In this document: in pieces, positions 56,185 to 64,000 of the stretch
Layout: the number at the start of each line of letters is the position of its first letter
Numbering within the stretch: the stretch's first letter is position 1
NCBI GenBank assembly: GCA_963627055.1
Contig: CAVGAF010000003.1
Coordinates: forward strand, 5,177-69,176
Direction: 5' to 3'
Origin: Butyrivibrio sp. CAG:318
GTDB taxonomy: Bacteria; Actinomycetota; Coriobacteriia; Coriobacteriales; Eggerthellaceae
DNA: 64,000 bases
Translations under genes and position numbers: made by a program
Notes under the pieces: model-generated
The model's database searches: none
Told to the model about the DNA's origin: nothing
Seen by the model: the letters and a program-made list of their open reading frames with translations, nothing else

Positions 56185-56589
56185 ATGGCAGTCCAGAAGA
56201 CCTACAGCATGATCAAGCCCGACGGCGTGCGCAACGGCCACATCGGCGAGATCGTGAACCGCTTCGAGCGCGCGGGCCTGACCGTCGAGCGCCTCGAGCT
56301 CGGCAACGTCACGCTCGAGCAGGCCAAGGCCAACTACGCCGAGCACGAGGGCAAGCCCTTCTACGACGGCCTCATCTCCTACATCACCTCCGGCCCGGTC
56401 GTGAAGATGGTCATCTCCGGCGAGGGCGCCGTTGCCAAGGTGCGCACGCTCATGGGTGCCACTAATCCGGCAGAAGCTGCCCCCGGCACGATTCGTGGCG
56501 ATTTCGGCCTCATTATGGACGAAAATGTGATTCATGGCTCCGACTCCGTGGAGTCCGCTGAGCGCGAGATCGGCATCTTCTTCGCCTAA
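56185..56589 (+). CDS. ndk: Nucleoside diphosphate kinase
   Basis: MIKPDGV, GATNP..A.PGTIRGDF, NVIHGSDS. Confidence 0.96.
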   Translation: MAVQKTYSMIKPDGVRNGHIGEIVNRFERAGLTVERLELGNVTLEQAKANYAEHEGKPFYDGLISYITSGPVVKMVISGEGAVAKVRTLMGATNPAEAAPGTIRGDFGLIMDENVIHGSDSVESAEREIGIFFA

Positions 56590-56620
56590 GGGTTGCTTGC
56601 CCTTGCGGGTTTAGATGTCC

Positions 56621-56659
56621 GGCCCCTTTTCGCCTCGGCGGAAAGGGGCCTTTGCTTTT
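56621..56659 (+). terminator. Intrinsic terminator after ndk
   Basis: Stem GGCCCCTTTTCGCC / GGCGGAAAGGGGCC followed by TTTGCTTTT. Confidence 0.7.
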
Positions 56660-56701
56660 GGGGAGCAACATTCGCCATAAAGACGAGAAACGGATGAACA
56701 C

Positions 56702-57739
56702 ATGCTCTATCGAGTTTTCGACGCCGAGCAGCTGCCGGCGCTCGTGGCTGCGTTTATGGAGAGCTTCGAGGTGGTGGCGCCGGTAAAGCAGGGCGCCCAT
56801 CATTCCTTCGAGCCCATCGGCGCGCCCGCGGAGATCGACCTTGCCTATGCGACCACGTTGGCGTCGCCGAAGCGCTATCTCATGCCCGAGCGCGAGACGC
56901 TCATGACCTACGATGCGCGCACGAACAGCGTGACGGACTTCGTCGAAGAGGTTCGCCCGCGCGTCATCTTCGGCGTGCACGCCTGCGACATCAACGCCAT
57001 CAACCGCTTGGACTTGGTGTTTCGCGACGGCAGGTATCCCGACCCGTACTACATAGCGCGCAGGCAGGCCACCCTCATCGTCGGTCTTTCCTGCCAGCCG
57101 CACGACGCGTGCTTCTGCAACCTGTGGGATGCCGACGAGGCGCGTTTCGGCTACGATCTGTTCCTGCATAACCTCGGCGACAAGTACCTGGTCAGCATAG
57201 CGAGCGTGGAGGCCGCGAACATCCTCGAGTCCTCGGTGGACCTGCGCGACGCAACCGACGCCGACCGCATCGAGTTCCGCCACGCCACCCGCGCGCGCCA
57301 GGCGGCCTTCAATCCCGCCATCCCCGAGATCCAGGACGTCGCCATGCTCATGGATGCTTTCCATGAGGACGGTTTCTGGGAAGAGCTCGGCGGAAAGTGC
57401 CTTTCGTGCAACGCCTGCGCCGCCGTATGCCCGACGTGCTTTTGCTTCGACATCGCCGATACGCTTGACGCCGACGGCGCAAGCGGCCGGCGCGAGCGCA
57501 TCTGGGACGCCTGCACGTCCCCGCAGTTCGACCAGGTCGCCGGCGGGCATCACTTCCGCGCCGGCGGGCGCGAGCGCGTGCGCCACCGCATGTATCACAA
57601 GCTCAACGGGTTTCTGGCCAATCATGACCGCATGCTGTGCGTCGGCTGCGGGCGCTGCGCCAGCGCGTGCAAGGCGAACATCAGCCCCATCGAGGTGTTG
57701 AAGTTCTTCGAGAAGAAGGGGGCCGAAGATGTGCTCTAA
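56702..57739 (+). CDS. Group 3b [NiFe] hydrogenase beta subunit (AsrA-like Fe-S protein)
   Basis: FGVHACD, CLSCNACAAVCPTCFCF, WDAC, CVGCGRCASAC. Confidence 0.85.
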   Translation: MLYRVFDAEQLPALVAAFMESFEVVAPVKQGAHHSFEPIGAPAEIDLAYATTLASPKRYLMPERETLMTYDARTNSVTDFVEEVRPRVIFGVHACDINAINRLDLVFRDGRYPDPYYIARRQATLIVGLSCQPHDACFCNLWDADEARFGYDLFLHNLGDKYLVSIASVEAANILESSVDLRDATDADRIEFRHATRARQAAFNPAIPEIQDVAMLMDAFHEDGFWEELGGKCLSCNACAAVCPTCFCFDIADTLDADGASGRRERIWDACTSPQFDQVAGGHHFRAGGRERVRHRMYHKLNGFLANHDRMLCVGCGRCASACKANISPIEVLKFFEKKGAEDVL

Positions 57740-58637
57740 CGCAACCGCCGGCGTTTCCATCCATCCGTTCCATGACGCAGGTGCGCCGATGAGCGGTGCC
57801 GAGATGATGGCCGCGAACCCCTATAGGCCTTGGCCGGCGCGTATTACCTCGATCACCGATTTGACGGCTACCGAGAAACTCTTCGAGTTCAGGCTTATCG
57901 ACGAACGCATCCGCGAGGCGTTTTGCCACGCGCCGGGCCAGTTCGTCGAGCTTTCCATCTTCGGGGTGGGCGAGGCCCCCATTTCCATTTCGTCAAGCCC
58001 CTCCAAGCGCGGCTTCATCGAGCTGTGCGTGCGCCGCGCGGGCCGCTTCACCGAGGCGCTGCACAAGATGCAGTGCGGCGACATCGTGGGTATCCGCGGG
58101 CCCTATGGGCGGGGTTTCCCGTTCGAGGACATGAAGGGCCATGACATCCTGCTCGTTGCCGGCGGCTTAGGGATCGCCCCCTTGCGCAGCCTCATCAACA
58201 ACATTCACGACGAGCGCTCGGAATTCGGCAAGGTCACCATCATCTACGGCAGCAAGAACCCCTCCGAGGTTATGTTCCGCCAACAGTTCGAGATGTGGCG
58301 CCATCGCAAGGATTTCGACCTGTATTTGACCGTCGACAATCCCGACGACACATGGGACGGCGAGGTGGGTCTAGTCACGAAGCCCTTCGAACATCTGGAA
58401 ATCAGCCCGGCGAACACCTTCGGCGCCCTGTGCGGCCCGCCGGTGATGTATCGGTTCGTGGTGGCCGAGATGCGCAAGAAGCAGATCAGCTACGACCACA
58501 TTTATATGAGCTTCGAGCGTCACATGAAGTGCGGCATGGGCAAGTGCGGCCATTGCCAAATCGGCCACCAATACTGCTGCATCGACGGCCCGGTATTCAA
58601 TTACTGGGAAGCTAAAAATATCCAAGGTTCGATGTAG
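57729..58637 (+). CDS. Group 3b [NiFe] hydrogenase gamma subunit (FAD/NAD(P)-binding, 2Fe-2S)
   Basis: PGQFV, GEAPISIS, RGPYGRGF, AGGLGIAP, CGPPVM, MKCGMGKCGHC...CIDGP. Confidence 0.9.
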   Translation: MCSNATAGVSIHPFHDAGAPMSGAEMMAANPYRPWPARITSITDLTATEKLFEFRLIDERIREAFCHAPGQFVELSIFGVGEAPISISSSPSKRGFIELCVRRAGRFTEALHKMQCGDIVGIRGPYGRGFPFEDMKGHDILLVAGGLGIAPLRSLINNIHDERSEFGKVTIIYGSKNPSEVMFRQQFEMWRHRKDFDLYLTVDNPDDTWDGEVGLVTKPFEHLEISPANTFGALCGPPVMYRFVVAEMRKKQISYDHIYMSFERHMKCGMGKCGHCQIGHQYCCIDGPVFNYWEAKNIQGSM

Positions 58638-58654
58638 GGAAGGAGGCACACGCT

Positions 58655-59434
58655 GTGGAAAAGGAAGAGAACACGCCCGGCGCCGGCGCCATCCCGCGCG
58701 TCGTGATCGTGGGCTTGGCCAGCTGTTTCGGCTGCCAGCTTCAAATAACCAACGACGAGCGCCACCTTACCGACGTGCTCGGCCAGATAGATCTGCGCTA
58801 TTGGCAGCTTGCAAGCTCTGCGGAAATGCCGAGCGACTTCGACGTCGCCGTCATCGAGGGCGCCGTGACCACCGCCGAGGCGGTCGAGGTCGTCCGCTCG
58901 CTGCGCGAGCGGGCCCGCGTCGTCATAGCGGCCGGCACCTGCGCGGTGTGCGGGGGCATTCCCGGCATGGCCGCAACCGGGCTGGACGCGCGTGCGGCCG
59001 ATGTGTACGGATGCGTGCCCGCAGCCTGCGGGGACATGATCGCCGCCCGCCCGGTCAGCGCCATTATCGACGTGGACTATGAGGTCCGCGCCTGCCCCAT
59101 CGAGCCGGCCGAGTTCGTCGACGTGCTGCAGCGCGTCCTGCACGGCTCGAACAAATTCGCCGCCACCTCGGTTTTGTGCGGGGAGTGCAAGCGCGGCGGG
59201 ACGGACTGCTTCTTCGGGTCGTCTCAGTTGTGTCTGGGCTTGGTTACCCAGGCCGGTTGCGGGGCGAAGTGCCCGGGGCTCGGCAGGCCCTGCAGCGGCT
59301 GTCGCGGCACCTCCGCGGATGCGAACCTGGAAAGCGCGCGGGCGGTGTGCGCCAACTACGGCGTGCCGGTCGCCGATTTCGACGAGGCGCTCGAGCTGTT
59401 CGGCTGCGCCGGCCCGGCCGAGCAGCAGGAATAA
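58655..59434 (+). CDS. Group 3b [NiFe] hydrogenase small (delta) subunit
   Basis: ASCFGCQ, VIEGAV, GTCAVCGG, ACP, LCGEC...CLG.VT.AGCGA.CP....C.GCRG; GTG start after AGGAGG. Confidence 0.87.
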   Translation: MEKEENTPGAGAIPRVVIVGLASCFGCQLQITNDERHLTDVLGQIDLRYWQLASSAEMPSDFDVAVIEGAVTTAEAVEVVRSLRERARVVIAAGTCAVCGGIPGMAATGLDARAADVYGCVPAACGDMIAARPVSAIIDVDYEVRACPIEPAEFVDVLQRVLHGSNKFAATSVLCGECKRGGTDCFFGSSQLCLGLVTQAGCGAKCPGLGRPCSGCRGTSADANLESARAVCANYGVPVADFDEALELFGCAGPAEQQE

Positions 59435-59444
59435 GGGGGAAGAC

Positions 59445-60740
59445 ATGAGCACAGCAACCATTTCGGTGGACCATATCGCCCGTGTCGAGGGGCATGGCAA
59501 CGTGCACGTCGTCATCGCCGATGGCGAGGTCAAGACCGTGCAGATGAGCGTCGTCGAACCGGCCCGCCTGTTCGAGTCGATGGTTGTCGGCAGGCGCTTT
59601 ACCGACATCCCCTTCATCGCCAGCCGCATTTGCGGCATCTGCTCGGCGAACCACGTCATCACCGACATCCTCGCCATCGAGCGCATCTTCGGCGTCGAGG
59701 TCACCCCGCGCACGCATGCCCTGCGCGAGCTGCTCATCTACGGCAGCTATCTGCAGAACCATGCATCGCACCTGTTCGTGTTCGCGGCTCCCGACTTCTT
59801 AGGAATGCCGAGCGTGTTTCCCTTGGAAGGCGCCAATCCCGAGCTGTTCGACCAGGCGCTGGGCCTCAAGGCGCTCGGCAACGAGCTGTGCAACCTCGTA
59901 GGCGGGCGCTCCATCCATCCGATCACGGCCGTGGTCGGCGGATTCACGCACGAGCCGAGCGCATCCGAGCTGCTTGCCCTTGCCGACAAGCTGGATGCCG
60001 CGCTGCCGTTCGCGCTGTCGGTGGTGGACCTGTTCCGCTCCTTCGGCGTGCCGGACATCGCCACGGAAGGCGACATGCTCGCGATGGTTGACGAGGGGGC
60101 CTACCCGGTTTGCACGAGCCGCGTCGCGCGCTTCGTGCATGCGGGGGAGACCTTCGACGCCGACGAGGCGTCCGGGCGCATCGAGGAGTTTGCGGTGGAT
60201 CATTCCGCGGCCCTGTTCGCCCGCGCCCGCAGTACCGGATCGACCTTTTTCACCGGCGCGCTCGCGCGCATCAACGCCTCGTGGGGGGCGCTGTCGCAGG
60301 AGGCGAAGGTTGCGGCGGCGAAGGCCGGGCTGCGTCCTCCCGAGGCCAACCCGTTTTCCAACAACGTCGCCCAGGCGGTCGAGATCGTCGATGCGCTTTC
60401 GCGTTGCGCGAAGCTTGCCCGCGACCTTGCGGCCGGCGAGGGCGAACTTGCAACCTCGAGCACCCCGGTGGCCTTCGAGGTGCGTGCAGGGTCGGCAACG
60501 GGCTTTACCGAGGCGCCGCGCGGCTGCTTGTTCCATGAGCTCGTCCTTGACGAACAGGGTAGGGTTACGCACGCTTCAATCCTCACGCCCACAGCGCTGA
60601 ACTGCGCAAACCTTGAAGCCGACATGCGCGTGCTCGCCGAGGCCCTGGTTGCCGACGGCGCTAGCGCCACCGAGGTGCGCGCCGCGGTGGAAAAGCTCGT
60701 GCGCGCCTACGACCCCTGCTTCAGCTGCAGCGTGCATTAA
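59445..60740 (+). CDS. Group 3b [NiFe] hydrogenase large (alpha) subunit
   Basis: ARVEGHG, L1 motif SRICGICSANH, GGRSIHP, EAPRG, L2 motif RAYDPCFSCSVH-stop. Confidence 0.92.
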   Translation: MSTATISVDHIARVEGHGNVHVVIADGEVKTVQMSVVEPARLFESMVVGRRFTDIPFIASRICGICSANHVITDILAIERIFGVEVTPRTHALRELLIYGSYLQNHASHLFVFAAPDFLGMPSVFPLEGANPELFDQALGLKALGNELCNLVGGRSIHPITAVVGGFTHEPSASELLALADKLDAALPFALSVVDLFRSFGVPDIATEGDMLAMVDEGAYPVCTSRVARFVHAGETFDADEASGRIEEFAVDHSAALFARARSTGSTFFTGALARINASWGALSQEAKVAAAKAGLRPPEANPFSNNVAQAVEIVDALSRCAKLARDLAAGEGELATSSTPVAFEVRAGSATGFTEAPRGCLFHELVLDEQGRVTHASILTPTALNCANLEADMRVLAEALVADGASATEVRAAVEKLVRAYDPCFSCSVH

Positions 60741-60946
60741 ACGCGCCTCGCGCCATGCGCGAAAACGCAACCCCCGCCCCGGGTATCAATCAGATTCACT
60801 CCAGAGTCAACCTTGATACCCGGGGCTATTTGGGAATGGCAGTTATACGAATCCCTGATGGATTTCAAAATCAAGGGAAAAAGCCTGCTTGGGGGCTGTG
60901 CTAGAATTCAATCTCACTATAAACGTAGCACAAGGGGTTTGCCTGT

Positions 60947-62002
60947 ATGTCATTCTTGGATTTCTTCTCGGGGCTGACGGGCCAAATGTCCACGGACATG
61001 GCCATCGACCTTGGCACCGCCAACACGTTGGTCGCCATCCCCGGCGAGGGCATTGTCGTCAACGAACCCTCCGTCGTGGCCATCGAAAAGAGCACCCATC
61101 GCGTGCTCGCCGTCGGCCACGAGGCCAAGAACATGATCAACCATACGCCCGACGCGTTCTCCGCCGAACACCCGTTGCATGACGGCGTGGTCGCCGACTA
61201 CGACGTAACCGAGGCTATGATCAGTGCATTCATCAACAAGGCTGCGCCGCGCAAGTACCCGTGGCAGGCCAAGCCCCGCATCGTCATCTGCATTCCCTGC
61301 GGCGCCACCTCCGTCGAAAAGCGCGCGGTGTTCGAAGCCGCCGTGCAGGCCGGCGCGCGCCAAGCATATCTTATCGAAGAACCCATGGCTGCCGCCATGG
61401 GTGCCGATCTGCCCGTTACCGAGCCTACCGGATCGATGGTGGTCGACATCGGCGGCGGCACCACGGAAGTGGCCGTCATCTCGCTTGGCGGCATCGTCAC
61501 CTCGTCGAGCCTGCGTCTTGCCGGCAACCGCATGGACGAGGCCATCGCCATGCACCTGCGCGATCTTCTGGGCATCAAAATCGGCGAGCGCACGGCCGAG
61601 ATCATCAAAATCAAGATCGGCTCCATCCTGCCTTTCGAGGACGGCCGCGAGCGCGACATGATCATTTCCGGCCAGGACGTCATCACCGAGCAGCCTAAAG
61701 AGGTCACCATCCAGTCCGAGGACGTGCGCCAGGCGCTTATCGCCCCGTGCGAGGAGATGGTCGTCCACATCAAGGAGACGTTCAAGAAGACCAACCCCGA
61801 CCTGGCCAGCGACATCATCCAGAACGGCATCCTGCTCACCGGCGGCGGCGGCTTGCTTTCCGGCTTGGACCGCTATCTCACCGACAAGCTCGAAATCCCC
61901 GTATGGGTGTCGGAAACCGCGCTCACGAACGTGGTCATGGGGTGCCTGAAGGTTCTCGAAACCCCGCAGGCGCTCAAGCAGACCCTCATGCGTTCGAAGT
62001 AA
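60947..62002 (+). CDS. mreB: Rod shape-determining protein MreB
   Basis: AIDLGTANT, NEPSVVA, EEPMAAA.G, VDIGGGTTEVAVISLGG, LTGGG. Confidence 0.96.
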   Translation: MSFLDFFSGLTGQMSTDMAIDLGTANTLVAIPGEGIVVNEPSVVAIEKSTHRVLAVGHEAKNMINHTPDAFSAEHPLHDGVVADYDVTEAMISAFINKAAPRKYPWQAKPRIVICIPCGATSVEKRAVFEAAVQAGARQAYLIEEPMAAAMGADLPVTEPTGSMVVDIGGGTTEVAVISLGGIVTSSSLRLAGNRMDEAIAMHLRDLLGIKIGERTAEIIKIKIGSILPFEDGRERDMIISGQDVITEQPKEVTIQSEDVRQALIAPCEEMVVHIKETFKKTNPDLASDIIQNGILLTGGGGLLSGLDRYLTDKLEIPVWVSETALTNVVMGCLKVLETPQALKQTLMRSK

Positions 62003-62017
62003 GGCCGCGCAGCTACC

Positions 62018-62926
62018 GTGGCGCTTAATTTCCAACAGCAAAGCTCGGCGCTGTTCCGTCGGGCTCTTCTTGCCGCGTTGATCGTCGCGAGCGTGGTGAT
62101 GGTGACGGCATATGGCAAGGAGGGCACGTCCGGCCCCCTGCACTCCGTGCAGACGGCGGTTTCCGGCGCGGTCAGCCCGCTGCGCATCGTCGGCGGATCC
62201 ATTGAAGCGGCCACTTCCACGGTCGGCGATTCCATGGAAAACGTGACGGCTGACGAGGGCACCCTCACCGGCCTGCGCGAATACAACGAGCAGCTTATCG
62301 CCCAGTACGCCCAGATGGAGGAGTACAAGCAGGAGGCGCAGCGTCTGCAGAAGCTGCTCGATCTGAAAGACACCTACCAAATCGAAGGCACGGGCGCGCG
62401 CGTCATCGGGCGCTCGTCGGAGGCCTGGAGCCAAACCGTCACCATCAACAAGGGTTCCGAGGACGGCATTTCTTCCGGCCAGACGGTCATGGGCACCTCC
62501 GGTGTCGTCGGGCAGGTGGTTTCCGCATCCACGAACACGGCGACCGTGCGCCTGCTCACCGACCCGCAGTCGGGTGCGGCGGCCATGGTGCAGTCCAGCC
62601 GCGCCGAGGGCATCCTGCGCGGAAGCCTCGTGGGGCTTCTGTACTTGGAGGATCTTGACGCCGACGCGGAAGTCGCCGCGGGAGACGTGGTGGTGACCTC
62701 CGGCTTGGGCGGCAGTTACGCCCGCGGGCTTATCATCGGCACGGTGGTGAAGGTGGACAGCTCCCAGGGCGATTCGTCGCGCCGCGTGGTGGTTTCTCCC
62801 AACGATTCCATTTCAACGCTTGAGGACGTGCTCGTCGTTTCGAGCGTCGGCACCGATGACGAATCGGAAGACGACGAGGACGATTCCTCGTCAAGCAGCA
62901 CTTCGCAGACGGGAGGCACGCGATGA
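62018..62926 (+). CDS. mreC: Rod shape-determining protein MreC
   Basis: N-terminal TM, coiled coil, INKGSEDG, GVVGQV, VVTSGLGGSYARGL.IG. Confidence 0.92.
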   Translation: MALNFQQQSSALFRRALLAALIVASVVMVTAYGKEGTSGPLHSVQTAVSGAVSPLRIVGGSIEAATSTVGDSMENVTADEGTLTGLREYNEQLIAQYAQMEEYKQEAQRLQKLLDLKDTYQIEGTGARVIGRSSEAWSQTVTINKGSEDGISSGQTVMGTSGVVGQVVSASTNTATVRLLTDPQSGAAAMVQSSRAEGILRGSLVGLLYLEDLDADAEVAAGDVVVTSGLGGSYARGLIIGTVVKVDSSQGDSSRRVVVSPNDSISTLEDVLVVSSVGTDDESEDDEDDSSSSSTSQTGGTR

Positions 62927-63450
62927 TGGGGGAGAAGAACAACGCCGTGTTGGTCATCGGCTGCATCGTCGCCTTCATTTTCCAGGTGGCGCTTGCGCCC
63001 TCGGTGTCCCTGTTCAGCGCGCAACCTAATTTCTTGCTCGCCTATGCCGTGGTGGTGGCCATCGTCATCCCCGACGAGGCCGGCCCGGTGCTTCCCTTCG
63101 TGCTCGGGCTGCTCTACGACCTGACGGGTACGGGCCCGGTCGGCGGCATGGCGCTCTTGCTGGTGGTGGGATGCTTCATCGCCTCGCGTGCCTTCACCGT
63201 GCTGGACAACGACACCATGTTCATGCCCATCGCCATCTTCGTGGTGGTAGCCTTGGCCGCAGAACTTGCCTACGGCATGCTGCTCATCGCCTGCGGGCTT
63301 TCCGCGAACCCGGTCGAGGCCCTGGTCACGCGCGCGCTGCCGTGTGCGCTCTACGATTGCGCCGTGGGGCTTGTCTTCTATCCCGTCATGGTGCGCCTGC
63401 TTGCCGGCGGCGCGCAGGATCGCGGTCTTCGCACGCCGAAGCTTCGATAG
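62923..63450 (+). CDS. mreD: Rod shape-determining protein MreD
   Basis: Highly hydrophobic, QPNFLL, GLLYDL; between mreC and the PBP gene. Confidence 0.85.
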   Translation: MMGEKNNAVLVIGCIVAFIFQVALAPSVSLFSAQPNFLLAYAVVVAIVIPDEAGPVLPFVLGLLYDLTGTGPVGGMALLLVVGCFIASRAFTVLDNDTMFMPIAIFVVVALAAELAYGMLLIACGLSANPVEALVTRALPCALYDCAVGLVFYPVMVRLLAGGAQDRGLRTPKLR

Positions 63451-63460
63451 GCAGGCTTTC

Positions 63461-64000
63461 ATGCTCACCGCCATCGTTGCAACCGTCATAGCGCTCATCG
63501 TCGTCATCGCGGCGCTCGTCATCGTCTATGCCATCGCGCGCGGGCGCAAGAGCGATAGCATCAGCGTCAAGCACGACGTGCGCTCCATCTCGTCCGTCGG
63601 CGTGAAATCGTCCCTGCCCGGGGCCGATAGGCGCCCGGCGGGCGGGGCGGGCCGCGGCGCCACCCCCTCGCAGCCGGTCGCCAACGTGGGCGACTCGCTC
63701 AAGTCGCGCTTTCTGGCCGTCGGCGTGTTCGCGGGCGTGGTGTTCGGCACCCTGGCCACCAAGCTTTGGAGCATCCAGGTGCTCGCGGGCAGCAATTACC
63801 GCCAGGAATCTGAGGACAACCAGTACACGACGGTCTACACCCCCGCGCCGCGCGGCGACATCCTCGACTGCGACGGCGTGGCCATCGTGAAGAACCGCAC
63901 GTCTCTGACGGTGCTTGCCGACCCCGACGTCGCCGACGACCACGACGTCATCGCGCGCCTGTCCACCGTGCTCGGGCTCCCCGTCGGAGTGGTGCGCAAG
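63461..64000 (+). CDS. mrdA: Penicillin-binding protein 2, N-terminal part (3' truncated by window edge)
   Basis: Open frame from ATG 63461 to the window end; LWSIQV, PAPRGDILD dimerisation-domain motif; follows mreBCD. Confidence 0.85.
   Translation, partial: MLTAIVATVIALIVVIAALVIVYAIARGRKSDSISVKHDVRSISSVGVKSSLPGADRRPAGGAGRGATPSQPVANVGDSLKSRFLAVGVFAGVVFGTLATKLWSIQVLAGSNYRQESEDNQYTTVYTPAPRGDILDCDGVAIVKNRTSLTVLADPDVADDHDVIARLSTVLGLPVGVVRK

Noticed and set aside
59079..59444. N-terminal extension of the hydrogenase large subunit in the ORF track
   Set aside because: Overlaps the small-subunit gene; the RBS and homology begin at ATG 59445

Overview
High-GC bacterial chromosomal window whose gene content points to Coriobacteriia, most likely Eggerthellaceae (inference from the multi-TM LuxR regulator, catechol-dehydroxylase-like Mo enzyme and FASII gene set). 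In order: ftsX (5' partial), S41 protease, rnr; a FASII operon (fabK-fabD-fabG-fabF-fabZ) ending in an unusual fusion of a biotin-carboxylase N-domain remnant with AccD and AccA; a SWIM-SNF2 helicase; a GNAT-MFS pair under a tandem palindromic operator. Next is a ~17 kb anaerobic-respiration locus (17.4-34.7 kb): a Tat-exported molybdopterin enzyme with Fe-S and DmsC-type partners, a divergent membrane-bound LuxR regulator, and an accessory block with a trigger-factor paralogue lacking its ribosome-binding motif, TorD/DmsD, NapG/NapH-like proteins, a tandem winged-helix-like protein and two degenerate UvrD-like proteins. Then come a processive GT2, comF, a raiA-motif-like ncRNA with its own promoter, a solute-binding lipoprotein, a LarB-LarC(N) fusion, an M16C peptidase, infC-rpmI-rplT with an L20-type leader, a DEAD-box helicase, glycosyltransferases, tRNA-Glu(TTC), tRNA-Arg(CCG), rlmD, a cyclophilin, a TPR protein, ndk, a four-gene group 3b-type [NiFe] hydrogenase, and mreBCD-mrdA (3' partial). 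I saw no IS element, integrase, prophage or CRISPR array. The best candidate for an undescribed system is the pseudo-helicase/trigger-factor/TorD accessory block. All calls are by eye from motifs; no database searches were run.
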